From positions 1-64,000 of the forward strand of contig CATOCA020000017.1 in NCBI GenBank assembly GCA_951406725.2: a DNA stretch of 64,000 nucleotides. Direction: 5' to 3'. Positions 15,006-27,271 of this stretch are shown one piece after another; position 1 is the first letter of the stretch, and each line of letters begins with the position of its first letter. Source of the stretch: Octopus vulgaris (lineage: Eukaryota). A model generated the notes under the pieces. That model was not told the origin of the DNA, made no database searches, and worked only from the letters and a program-made list of their open reading frames with translations. A program made the translations under genes and the position numbers.

Positions 15006-15536
15006 TTTCAAAGAAAAAGGTAATGTAAAAGGAGAAGAAAGGGGACTCTCTACACCCCCTTTTTTTGACCAGGCTCCCGTTGGCTTTTGTAGGGTTTTTT
15101 CCACCGGGAACATTTCGAGACGTCTCCCCCTTTTGGGAGTTTTTCATTGTTTTAATAATCATTGTTTTAAAGTTTTTTACACGGATTTTTTAACAAACGG
15201 ACAAAACCCTTTGTAACCTTTCGTCCTGTCTTGTCCCTTTATGTAATCATGCGTGTCAGCCCTTGTGGCCAATAAAAAAGAATTAATTATTATTATTATT
15301 ATTCCTTCCGACGCCGTTAGACGTACGTGAATCAGCTCCGTGAATTTGACACCAATTTCATTGGAAATCTATTAATAGGTTTGAATATTTTTTAATATTT
15401 CTGTAGCCAAACCGACCGGCTTCTTGCGGAGCTCGTCGGTTGGGCGAAATTTTGCCCCATTCGGGGTGAAATTGCGTTTGAAAATTTTGAACATTTGACA
15501 TTTTTCAACATTTTGAATATTACAACAAGAAAAAAC

Positions 15537-16559
15537 ATGGCTATGAAGCGAACAGTTGGCTGTTCCTTCCTTCAAAATACACTCCCTCCGCAAACACGCA
15601 CAACTCGTACAAAACACCCACTTCACGCCTTAAAAGGCAACAAAGATTCTCCTTCCGAACCGCAGAGCACGCGCTCGGTTCAAAAGGAAAATGCAAGTCA
15701 TGACGTCGCGTTCGACGTAATTCTTGATTTTCCCCCTCTGCCTTCACCCAATGCTTTGGTAAGGAAGGAGGAGGGAGAAAAACAAATACAAAAATCATCA
15801 CAAACATTGACACGGAGATAAAAGAAAAAACTTCCAACAATTTTGCTTCTGCTGCGAAGCAAATTTCGGAGGAAGTTAAGATAACTCTAGAAGATGTGAA
15901 AAGAGCGAAGGAATTGTTAAGGAAGGATGGCAATGGTATCTTCCTCAATACTCCACAAGAGGTGATTGAAAGCACCAACAAGCAAACAATAATTTACAAA
16001 GTTTTCGACAGAAAACTAAAAAGAATAACAAATGCCACACCCCAACAGTTGGAGATAGCTCTAAAGCCCATTTGGGCCCAAAAGAGCTACGTAACCAAGG
16101 GGAAGCGTTTTGGAACCGTGGAGGTTCGCTTCCCAACAGAGGAGCTGGCAAGGGCGAACGCCATTTCGCCCTTGCAAACTGAGAATTTGTTACTAATTCC
16201 AACCCACCTCGGGCGAAGAGTTACAAAAATAAAAATCGACCTCGTCCCCCCTGAATTAAATATGTCATGGCTGGTGGCAGCTGTCCTCTATGATATAGAG
16301 GACACTACCACCATTCTAGATGTCAGGAGAGTGAGGGCGAAAAACTGGTTGGGGATGGGAGTGCTGCTTCTTGCGCAAATTCAGCAAGAGAATATAAGTA
16401 AAGTCCCTGATTTCGTAAGTTTGCCGGACGGCACTAGGCTAAACGTTGCTGTGGAGGGGCGAAAGCCAAAATGCTTTCTCTGCAGCAGCGAAAGCCACTT
16501 AAAGAGGGACTGTCCCATTCACAAAAAGAGGATGGAGGCTTTCAGCAAGAGGCAGCAGC

Positions 16560-16599
<40 letters not shown>

Positions 16600-17407
16600 C
16601 AAGCAACAACAACAGAAACAACAAAAACAGCAAGAAACACCAAAGGCTGCCACACCACCAACACCATCACCAACACCAGCACCAAGACGAGCAACACCAC
16701 CTCCAACAACAACAACCACCACCAAACCAACACCGACAACCACCACCAAACCAACACCGACACCAGTACCTCGAAGGTCGACAGCAGCGACATCAACAGT
16801 AACAGGAGCAGCGGCACCACCGATACCGGTGGAACCAGAAACTTTTCGTCCTGCTACTGAAGCAGACCCCTCAACCATTCCTTTGCCGGATGAAGAGATC
16901 TCGGATTGTGCGAGCTCTGATTCCAACAAAGGAGAATGGAGTATAGTGCCTCCAAAGAAGAAAAGGAGGAAGAAACAAAAAGATTTACAGGGGAAGCACG
17001 AACAAATAGTGCTTCCCAACATCAACAACAACAACAACAACAACACACACTCACAACAACAAACAACAACAACACTTTCGACACCACTACTGCCACTGCC
17101 ACACACACAAACACACACAGACACAATTACATCAATAAACACAAAGAACCAAAAACTAGTGGAGTACTTAAAAAACAAAACTAGTACAAATATAACCGAT
17201 TTCATCATACCAACACAAAACACACCACCAGCACACATTCTCACAATAAAAATAAATGCAAAATCATATGATGAAATCAAACAAATATTCCCTAACGATG
17301 TGGGATCGCTAGGGAAAAGTTTCTCGAAGAAACTTTATAAAAACATTGTGGAAGCACCCGTGCAAAAGCACAAGGGAGCCACCCCCACCACCAACAACAG
17401 TAAGTAG
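15537..17407 (+). CDS. ORF1 (type B), one A-run frameshift near 15780
   Basis: MAMKRTVGCSFLQN...; same zinc knuckle; 503-aa open remainder 15896-17407. Confidence 0.82.
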
Positions 17408-17445
17408 AGCCTTTTTTTCTCCTTTTTTTCCCCCTACTTTGAGAC

Positions 17446-20400
17446 ATGGCAAATCTTAGAATCGGTTGCTTGAATGTGAGAGGCCTCGGGTCACCTTGGA
17501 AACAGGGTCACCTGTTAAACGACCTGAGGTTTCATGATGTGGATGTAGCAGCCATCAGTGAAACCAGGCTCTCCGACCCGCAGGAACTCGCAGCCCTTTT
17601 CGGCGGATACGAGATATTTCTATCTCCGTGTCGGCCGGGAGCGGGCGGTGGTGGTACTGCGGTGTTGTTTCGGAAGGGCCTGGACCTGAAAATAAGGACA
17701 GTCTTCTTGGATCCGGAAGGTAAGTTGGTGGTCCTCGACGTCGACGGTAGTGACGGCGGTGCTTTCAGACTGCTGGCTGCCTACGCTCCGACAGGAGCAG
17801 GGCAGTCGGATTATTTCAAACGTCTGGAAGTTTTCCTGGGAACGTCACGCACTCTAGTACTAGTTGGGGATTGGAACGCTGTCTTAGACGAACGTTTCGA
17901 TCGGGTGGGCAGGGGAGCGTCTGTTAGGAGAGGGGGAGGGTGCAAGAGCCTCGCCAACCTACTCGGCCGCTTTCAGCTGTCCGACAGGTTTCGACTAGAC
18001 AACCCGAATGTGCCAATGTGGACTTGGACAAACCGCATCGGGTCGTCTAGATCGTACTTAGATAGAGTGTTTTGTAGGCCAGCGGATAAGGACAGCGTAG
18101 GGTGTCCACAATTCCACCTAGTCGAATATACGGACCACAAATTAGTGATCTGTACGGTCGACTTAGATAGGCTACATAGACAGGGACCCGGCTACTGGAA
18201 GCTGAACGCGTCGTTAACGGCGTGCAAAGCTTACAGAGACCGGATTAGTTTACTAGTTAAGCGGGCGCTCACGGGGGCAATCATCAACAACAACTGGTGG
18301 TTTGCCCTCAAGAGAGCAATTAGAGTAGAGTCGATTAGGTATAGTAAGACTCTAGCTATTGAACGTAGGAAGAGAGAGCGGGATTTAGTTAAGAAACTAG
18401 ACGAGGCTCTTGACACTGGCATCGCGACCGACGTGTTGGCGGCAAGGTTGGCCCTCGACCAACACTTCGACGCCAAACACGAAGGCTGCGTTGTCAGAGC
18501 TAAGGCACGTTCGCTAAGCGGGGAGGGGACTAGAGCCGCTCGATGGGCCCGCGTGGCGGAGGCGAAGCGAGGCAACAGAGCAACCATTCGGTCTTTGGTG
18601 GACCAGAACGGGCGCGAGGTTACCCAACCGAAGCAGATGTGTACGGTGCTTCAGCGGCACTTTGCTCAACTGTTTGGGACGAGCGGTGGAACGGACACCA
18701 ACGGTACAGACTTCGGTGTGTACCTGGACGGACTGCCGCAACTCTCGGACAGCGAGGCAGAGTGCTGCGAAGGACCGATATCTGCCTGGGAAGTACAGGA
18801 AGCGATGAAGAGTTGCACGAGAGGTAGATCGCCGGGTTTGGATGGTCTGCCCTACGAGCTTTACTTTTCGATGCCAGACTTGTTTGCGGACCTGTTGGCA
18901 AACGTCTACTGCAACTGGCAGCAAAACGGGAGAATTCCTGCTTTTGTCTGTCGAGGGGTGGTGGCTTTGCTAAAGAAGGACCCAAACAAGGGGGACGTTA
19001 TAGGGAATTTCCGGCCCATCACTCTGCTCAATGCAGAGTTGAAGATTTTGGCCAAGGTGCTAGCCAAGAGATTGGCGCTTGTCGTGGACAAGCTGGTCGG
19101 CGGGACGCAGACATGCGCCGTGCCGACCAGGTCGATACACGACAACCTCCATCTCATGCGCTACATCATAGAGAGGGTGGGTAACGACGCTGGCGCGGGT
19201 GGGGCTTTGATCAACTTGGATCAGAGTAAAGCCTTCGATAGGGTCGACCATCGGTACCTGGCAGCTGTCCTCAAGGCAGCCGGCTTCGGTCCAGTCTTCC
19301 GCGGGTGGATCGCTGCTTTATACAGCAACATCTGCTCGGTGATACGGGTGAACGGTCACCTTTCGGAACCGTTCGACATCTCGCGTTCGGTCCGCCAAGG
19401 ATGCCCTCTCTCCTCCCTCTTGTACATTTTGACTCTCGAGCCATTACTGCGCAAGTTGGAGGCTTTGAGGGGCATCCCGCGCGATCTAGGAGGCGGAAAC
19501 AGCGTGTCTGCTTATGCCGACGACGTCACCGTGGTGGTGTCGAGCCACAGGCACATTGGCCTGATTGGCGAGACGCTAAACCAGTACGAAGCGGTGACAG
19601 GGGCAAAGATTAACGCGGAAAAGTCTGTGGGCTTGCAACTGGGCACCTGGAGAGGCAAGCCCATGCCGTCCAACAGCGTCGTAGGGCGCTGGACAGACGG
19701 ACCCGTTAAACTGCTCGGGGTCTGGTTCGGTCCGGACCTCCAGGTGGATAAGAACTGGGAAGAGGTGACGAGCAGGGTGGCACGTCTCACCCAGAAATGG
19801 GCCGAGAGGAAGCTGTCCCTGAAAGGTCGAGCGGAGGTGGCGAATGCGTACATCGCATCCGTCATCTATTACCGCTTGACCGTCGTCCCTTGTCCCGACC
19901 GCTGGTTGGCCAAGCTGGTACACCTGCTCTTCGACTTTTTGTGGAAGGGTCAGGTGCCACTGGTCAGGCGATCCATCTGCTGTCAACGACCGCTGAACGG
20001 AGGCCTTGGAATGCCGTGGTTGCTGTTGCGCAGACATGCGCTCAGGCTGCGGCATCTCAAGCGCTTCCTAGACGGTGAACAGGTGTGGTCGTCTTTTGTC
20101 AGACGCGATTTTCCGCAGCTCGTCTCTTTGACGGAGCTGCAGACCTGGATCAAACGTAGACCGAGAAAGGGCGCTTGGCACCTCGAGTGCCGTCAAGCCC
20201 TCTCCGCCCTCCACCAGGCGGGCAATGCGGTCGGTTACAGCTCCACTCTAGCGTTCTATAGAGGGTTAGTGGAGGAAAAATGCGACGACGTTCTCGGGGA
20301 AACTCTAGGCGTTGAAGACGACGAACTGAGCGGTCTGTTCGGGAGGACTTTCGGGCCGGGGCCGATGGATAATTTCCAGAGGTCTCTCGCCTGGCAGTGC

Positions 20401-20880
20401 TACCGAGGGGCTCTGCCTGTTCGAGATAAACTCTACCGGCACGGAAGTGCCGTCAGCCGGGCCTGCCCGAGGTGTTGCCAGGACGACGAAACCGTTCTGC
20501 ACGCACTCGTCCAGTGCCCGAGTATTGCTGAAATATGGGTTTATGTCGAACAGCTACTGTCACGTGTAGGACGGATCCGACTATCGGCCGAATCCATAGT
20601 GAAGATTGCCCCGCCGACCTCCTTTAACAAGGAGGGCGAGGCCGTTTTCTTGTGCCTTGTGGCTGTGGCGAAAGAAGTCGTGTGGTGGACTCGTTTGAAA
20701 GGGCTAAAGTCAGACACTTTCCTCTTTGGTCAAGGCCTCATCAACTTTTTCAAGTTTCACTTGAAAAGGAAGATGAGGTTAGAGAGGAAAGTGCTGTCCG
20801 ATAGCAAGTTTTATGAAAGGTGGGTGAATTGTGCGAGACTGGCCTGTATAAATGGACCAGTTCTCAGGTTTCGCCTGTGA
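17446..20880 (+). CDS. ORF2, intact, 1144 aa
   Basis: Same motifs as copy 1. Confidence 0.96.
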   Translation: MANLRIGCLNVRGLGSPWKQGHLLNDLRFHDVDVAAISETRLSDPQELAALFGGYEIFLSPCRPGAGGGGTAVLFRKGLDLKIRTVFLDPEGKLVVLDVDGSDGGAFRLLAAYAPTGAGQSDYFKRLEVFLGTSRTLVLVGDWNAVLDERFDRVGRGASVRRGGGCKSLANLLGRFQLSDRFRLDNPNVPMWTWTNRIGSSRSYLDRVFCRPADKDSVGCPQFHLVEYTDHKLVICTVDLDRLHRQGPGYWKLNASLTACKAYRDRISLLVKRALTGAIINNNWWFALKRAIRVESIRYSKTLAIERRKRERDLVKKLDEALDTGIATDVLAARLALDQHFDAKHEGCVVRAKARSLSGEGTRAARWARVAEAKRGNRATIRSLVDQNGREVTQPKQMCTVLQRHFAQLFGTSGGTDTNGTDFGVYLDGLPQLSDSEAECCEGPISAWEVQEAMKSCTRGRSPGLDGLPYELYFSMPDLFADLLANVYCNWQQNGRIPAFVCRGVVALLKKDPNKGDVIGNFRPITLLNAELKILAKVLAKRLALVVDKLVGGTQTCAVPTRSIHDNLHLMRYIIERVGNDAGAGGALINLDQSKAFDRVDHRYLAAVLKAAGFGPVFRGWIAALYSNICSVIRVNGHLSEPFDISRSVRQGCPLSSLLYILTLEPLLRKLEALRGIPRDLGGGNSVSAYADDVTVVVSSHRHIGLIGETLNQYEAVTGAKINAEKSVGLQLGTWRGKPMPSNSVVGRWTDGPVKLLGVWFGPDLQVDKNWEEVTSRVARLTQKWAERKLSLKGRAEVANAYIASVIYYRLTVVPCPDRWLAKLVHLLFDFLWKGQVPLVRRSICCQRPLNGGLGMPWLLLRRHALRLRHLKRFLDGEQVWSSFVRRDFPQLVSLTELQTWIKRRPRKGAWHLECRQALSALHQAGNAVGYSSTLAFYRGLVEEKCDDVLGETLGVEDDELSGLFGRTFGPGPMDNFQRSLAWQCYRGALPVRDKLYRHGSAVSRACPRCCQDDETVLHALVQCPSIAEIWVYVEQLLSRVGRIRLSAESIVKIAPPTSFNKEGEAVFLCLVAVAKEVVWWTRLKGLKSDTFLFGQGLINFFKFHLKRKMRLERKVLSDSKFYERWVNCARLACINGPVLRFRL

Positions 20881-21412
20881 TTTCAAAGAAAAAGGTAATG
20901 TAAAAGGAGAAGAAAGGGGACTCTCTACACCCCCTTTTTTTGACCAGGCTCCCGTTGGCTTTTGTAGGGTTTTTTCCACCGGGAACATTTCGAGACGTCT
21001 CCCCCTTTTGGGAGTTTTTCATTGTTTTTAATAATCATTGTTTTAAAGTTTTTTACACGGATTTTTTAACAAACGGACAAAACCCTTTGTAACCTTTCGT
21101 CCTGTCTTGTCCCTTTATGTAATCATGCGTGTCAGCCCTTGTGGCCAATAAAAAAAGAATTATTATTATTATTATTATTCCTTCCGACGCCGTTAGACGT
21201 ACGTGAATCAGCTCCGTGAATTTGACACCAATTTCATTGGAAATCTATTAATAGGTTTGAATATTTTTTAATATTTCTGTAGCCAAACCGACCGGCTTCT
21301 TGCGGAGCTCGTCGGTTGGGCGAAATTTTGCCCCATTCGGGGTGAAATTGCGTTTGAAAATTTTGAACATTTGACATTTTTCAACATTTTGAATATTACA
21401 ACAAGAAAAAAC

Positions 21413-22435
21413 ATGGCTATGAAGCGAACAGTTGGCTGTTCCTTCCTTCAAAATACACTCCCTCCGCAAACACGCACAACTCGTACAAAACACCCACTTC
21501 ACGCCTTAAAAGGCAACAAAGATTCTCCTTCCGAACCGCAGAGCACGCGCTCGGTTCAAAAGGAAAATGCAAGTCATGACGTCGCGTTCGACGTAATTCT
21601 TGATTTTCCCCCTCTGCCTTCACCCAATGCTTTGGTAAGGAAGGAGGAGGGAGAAAAAACAAATACAAAAATCATCACAAACATTGACACGGAGATAAAA
21701 GAAAAAACTTCCAACAATTTTGCTTCTGCTGCGAAGCAAATTTCGGAGGAAGTTAAGATAACTCTAGAAGATGTGAAAAGAGCGAAGGAATTGTTAAGGA
21801 AGGATGGCAATGGTATCTTCCTCAATACTCCACAAGAGGTGATTGAAAGCACCAACAAGCAAACAATAATTTACAAAGTTTTCGACAGAAAACTAAAAAG
21901 AATAACAAATGCCACACCCCAACAGTTGGAGATAGCTCTAAAGCCCATTTGGGCCCAAAAGAGCTACGTAACCAAGGGGAAGCGTTTTGGAACCGTGGAG
22001 GTTCGCTTCCCAACAGAGGAGCTGGCAAGGGCGAACGCCATTTCGCCCTTGCAAACTGAGAATTTGTTACTAATTCCAACCCACCTCGGGCGAAGAGTTA
22101 CAAAAATAAAAATCGACCTCGTCCCCCCTGAATTAAATATGTCATGGCTGGTGGCAGCTGTCCTCTATGATATAGAGGACACTACCACCATTCTAGATGT
22201 CAGGAGAGTGAGGGCGAAAAACTGGTTGGGGATGGGAGTGCTGCTTCTTGCGCAAATTCAGCAAGAGAATATAAGTAAAGTCCCTGATTTCGTAAGTTTG
22301 CCGGACGGCACTAGGCTAAACGTTGCTGTGGAGGGGCGAAAGCCAAAATGCTTTCTCTGCAGCAGCGAAAGCCACTTAAAGAGGGACTGTCCCATTCACA
22401 AAAAGAGGATGGAGGCTTTCAGCAAGAGCAGCAGC

Positions 22436-22472
<37 letters not shown>

Positions 22473-23279
22473 CAAGCAACAACAACAGAAACAACAAAAA
22501 CAGCAAGAAACACCAAAGGCTGCCACACCACCAACACCATCACCAACACCAGCACCAAGACGAGCAACACCACCTCCAACAACAACAACCACCACCAAAC
22601 CAACACCGACAACCACCACCAAACCAACACCGACACCAGTACCTCGAAGGTCGACAGCAGCGACATCAACAGTAACAGGAGCAGCGGCACCACCGATACC
22701 GGTGGAACCAGAAACTTTTCGTCCTGCTACTGAAGCAGACCCCTCAACCATTCCTTTGCCGGATGAAGAGATCTCGGATTGTGCGAGCTCTGATTCCAAC
22801 AAAGGAGAATGGAATATAGTGCCTCCAAAGAAGAAAAGGAGGAAGAAACAAAAAGATTTACAGGGGAAGCACGAACAAATAGTGCTTCCCAACATCAACA
22901 ACAACAACAACAACAACACACACTCACAACAACAAACAACAACAACACTTTCGACACCACTACTGCCACTGCCACACACACAAACACACACAGACACAAT
23001 TACATCAATAAACACAAAGAACCAAAAACTAGTGGAGTACTTAAAAACAAAACTAGTACAAATATAACCGATTTCATCATACCAACACAAAACACACCAC
23101 CAGCACACATTCTCACAATAAAAATAAATGCAAAATCATATGATGAAATCAAACAAATATTCCCTAACGATGTGGGATCGCTAGGGAAAAGTTTCTCGAA
23201 GAAACTTTATAAAAACATTGTGGAAGCACCCGTGCAAAAGCACAAGGGAGCCACCCCCACCACCAACAACAGTAAGTAG
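21413..23279 (+). CDS. ORF1 (type B), 1-nt frameshifts near 22427 and 23047
   Basis: ORF pieces 21371-22675, 22348-23067 and 22809-23279. Confidence 0.8.
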
Positions 23280-23317
23280 AGCCTTTTTTTCTCCTTTTTT
23301 TCCCCCTACTTTGAGAC

Positions 23318-26300
23318 ATGGCAAATCTTAGAATCGGTTGCTTGAATGTGAGAGGCCTCGGGTCACCTTGGAAACAGGGTCACCTGTTAAACGACCTGAG
23401 GTTTCATGATGTGGATGTAGCAGCCATCAGTGAAACCAGGCTCTCCGACCCGCAGGAACTCGCAGCCCTTTTCGGCGGATACGAGATATTTCTATCTCCG
23501 TGTCGGCCGGGAGCGGGCGGTGGTGGTACTGCGGTGTTGTTTCGGAAGGGCCTGGACCTGAAAATAAGGACAGTCTTCTTGGATCCGGAAGGTAAGTTGG
23601 TGGTCCTCGACGTCGACGGTAGTGACGGCGGTGCTTTCAGACTGCTGGCTGCCTACGCTCCGACAGGAGCAGGGCAGTCGGATTATTTCAAACGTCTGGA
23701 AGTTTTCCTGGGAACGTCACGCACTCTAGTACTAGTTGGGGATTGGAACGCTGTCTTAGACGAACGTTTCGATCGGGTGGGCAGGGGAGCGTCTGTTAGG
23801 AGAGGGGGAGGGTGCAAGAGCCTCGCCAACCTACTCGGCCGCTTTCAGCTGTCCGACAGGTTTCGACTAGACAACCCGAATGTGCCAATGTGGACTTGGA
23901 CAAACCGCATCGGGTCGTCTAGATCGTACTTAGATAGAGTGTTTTGTAGGCCAGCGGATAAGGACAGCGTAGGGTGTCCACAATTCCACCTAGTCGAAAT
24001 ATACGGACCACAAATTAGTGATCTGTACGGTCGACTTAGATAGGCTACATAGACAGGGACCCGGCTACTGGAAGCTGAACGCGTCGTTAACGGCGTGCAA
24101 AGCTTACAGAGACCGGATTAGTTTACTAGTTAAGCGGGCGCTCACGGGGGCAATCATCAACAACAACTGGTGGTTTGCCCTCAAGAGAGCAATTAGAGTA
24201 GAGTCGATTAGGTATAGTAAGACTCTAGCTATTGAACGTAGGAAGAGAGAGCGGGATTTAGTTAAGAAACTAGACGAGGCTCTTGACACTGGCATCGCGA
24301 CCGACGTGTTGGCGGCAAGGTTGGCCCTCGACCAACACTTCGACGCCAAACACGAAGGCTGCGTTGTCAGAGCTAAGGCACGTTCGCTAAGCGGGGAGGG
24401 GACTAGAGCCGCTCGATGGGCCCGCGTGGCGGAGGCGAAGCGAGGCAACAGAGCAACCATTCGGTCTTTGGTGGACCAGAACGGGCGCGAGGTTACCCAA
24501 CCGAAGCAGATGTGTACGGTACTTCAGCGGCACTTTGCTCAACTGTTTGGGACGAGCGGTGGAACGGACACCAACGGTACAGACTTCGGTGTGTACCTGG
24601 ACGGACTGCCGCAACTCTCGGACAGCGAGGCAGAGTGCTGCGAAGGACCGATATCTGCCTGGGAAGTACAGGAAGCGATGAAGAGTTGCACGAGAGGTAG
24701 ATCGCCGGGTTTGGATGGTCTGCCCTACGAGCTTTACTTTTCAATGCCAGACTTGTTTGCGGACCTGTTGGCAAACGTCTACTGCAACTGGCAGCAAAAC
24801 GGGAGAATTCCTGCTTTTGTCTGTCGAGGGGTGGTGGCTTTGCTAAAGAAGGACCCAAACAAGGGGGACGTTATAGGCAATTTCCGGCCCATCACTCTGC
24901 TCAATGCAGAGTTGAAGATTTTGGCCAAGGTGCTAGCCAAGAGATTGGCGCTTGTCGTGGACAAGCTGGTCGGCGGGACGCAGACATGCGCCGTGCCGAC
25001 CAGGTCGATACACGACAACCTCCATCTCATGCGCTACATCATAGAGAGGGTGGGTAACGACGCTGGCGCGGGTGGGGCTTTGATCAACTTGGATCAGAGT
25101 AAAGCCTTCGATAGGGTCGACCATCGGTACCTGGCAGCTGTCCTCAAGGCAGCCGGCTTCGGTCCAGTCTTCCGCGGGTGGATCGCTGCTTTATACAGCA
25201 ACATCTGCTCGGTGATACGGGTGAACGGTCACCTTTCGGAACCGTTCGACATCTCGCGTTCGGTCCGCCAAGGATGCCCTCTCTCCTCCCTCTTGTACAT
25301 TTTGACTCTCGAGCCATTACTGCGCAAGTTGGAGGCTTTGAGGGGCATCCCGCGCGATCTAGGAGGCGGAAACAGCGTGTCTGCTTATGCCGACGACGTC
25401 ACCGTGGTGGTGTCGAGCCACAGGCACATTGGCCTGATTGGCGAGACGCTAAACCAGTACGAAGCGGTGACAGGGGCAAAGATTAACGCGGAAAAGTCTG
25501 TGGGCTTGCAACTGGGCACCTGGAGAGGCAAGCCCATGCCGTCCAACAGCGTCGTAGGGCGCTGGACAGACGGACCCGTTAAACTGCTCGGGGTCTGGTT
25601 CGGTCCGGACCTCCAGGTGGATAAGAACTGGGAAGAGGTGACGAGCAGGGTGGCACGTCTCACCCAGAAATGGGCCGAGAGGAAGCTGTCCCTGAAAGGT
25701 CGAGCGGAGGTGGCGAATGCGTACATCGCATCCGTCATCTATTACCGCTTGACCGTCGTCCCTTGTCCCGACCGCTGGTTGGCCAAGCTGGTACACCTGC
25801 TCTTCGACTTTTTGTGGAAGGGTCAGGTGCCACTGGTCAGGCGATCCATCTGCTGTCAACGACCGCTGAACGGAGGCCTTGGAATGCCGTGGTTGCTGTT
25901 GCGCAGACATGCGCTCAGGCTGCGGCATCTCAAGCGCTTCCTAGACGGTGAACAGGTGTGGTCGTCTTTTGTCAGACGCGATTTTCCGCAGCTCGTCTCT
26001 TTGACGGAGCTGCAGACCTGGATCAAACGTAGACCGAGAAAGGGCGCTTGGCACCTCGAGTGCCGTCAAGCCCTCTCCGCCCTCCACCAGGCGGGCAATG
26101 CGGTCGGTTACAGCTCCACTCTAGCGTTCTATAGAGGGTTAGTGGAGGAAAAATGCGACGACGTTCTCGGGGAAACTCTAGGCGTTGAAGACGACGAACT
26201 GAGCGGTCTGTTCGGGAGGACTTTCGGGCCGGGGCCGATGGATAATTTCCAGAGGTCTCTCGCCTGGCAGTGCTACCGAGGGGCTCTGCCTGTTCGAGAT

Positions 26301-26753
26301 AAACTCTACCGGCACGGAAGTGCCGTCAGCCGGGCCTGCCCGAGGTGTTGCCAGGACGACGAAACCGTTCTGCACGCACTCGTCCAGTGCCCGAGTATTG
26401 CTGAAATATGGGTTTATGTCGAACAGCTACTGTCACGTGTAGGACGGATCCGACTATCGGCCGAATCCATAGTGAAGATTGCCCCGCCGACCTCCTTTAA
26501 CAAGGAGGGCGAGGCCGTTTTCTTGTGCCTTGTGGCTGTGGCGAAAGAAGTCGTGTGGTGGACTCGTTTGAAAGGGCTAAAGTCAGACACTTTCCTCTTT
26601 GGTCAAGGCCTCATCAACTTTTTCAAGTTTCACTTGAAAAGGAAGATGAGGTTAGAGAGGAAAGTGCTGTCCGATAGCAAGTTTTATGAAAGGTGGGTGA
26701 ATTGTGCGAGACTGGCCTGTATAAATGGACCAGTTCTCAGGTTTCGCCTGTGA
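23318..26753 (+). CDS. ORF2 with a 1-nt insertion near 23998
   Basis: GTCGAAATATAC versus GTCGAATATAC in other copies. Confidence 0.88.
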
Positions 26754-27271
26754 TTTCAAAGAAAAAGGTAATGTAAAAGGAGAAGAAAGGGGACTCTCTA
26801 CACCCCCTTTTTTTGACCAGGCTCCCGTTGGCTTTTGTAGGGTTTTTTCCACCGGGAACATTTCGAGACGTCTCCCCCTTTTGGGAGTTTTTCATTGTTG
26901 AATTTTATCATTGTTATAAAGATTTTTACTCGATTTTTTAAAAACGGACAAAACCCTTTGTAACCTTTCGTCCTGTCTTGTCCCTTTATGTAATCATGCG
27001 TGTCAGCCCTTGTGGCCAATAAAAAAGAAAAGAATTGATTATTATTATTATTCCTTCCGACGCCGATGGACGTACGTGAATCAGCTCCGTGAATTTGACA
27101 CCAATTTCATTGGAATTCATTTGATAAGTTTGAATATTTTTTAATATTTTTGTAGCCAAACCGACCGGCTTCTTGCGGAGCTCGTCGGTTGGGCGAAATT
27201 TTGCCCCATTCGGGGTGAAATTACTGTCTATCCTTTTGAAATTGACATTTTTTGCACACACACATTACAAA

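Larger units (their letters stand above)
9437..15303 (+). mobile_element. Tx1-like LINE tandem copy 2 (ORF1 type A)
   Basis: Same termini as copy 1 and near-identical to it. Confidence 0.93.
15304..21179 (+). mobile_element. Tx1-like LINE tandem copy 3 (ORF1 type B)
   Basis: Same termini; divergent 5'UTR and ORF1 N-half. Confidence 0.93.
21180..27052 (+). mobile_element. Tx1-like LINE tandem copy 4 (ORF1 type B)
   Basis: Same termini; near-identical to copy 3. Confidence 0.93.
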
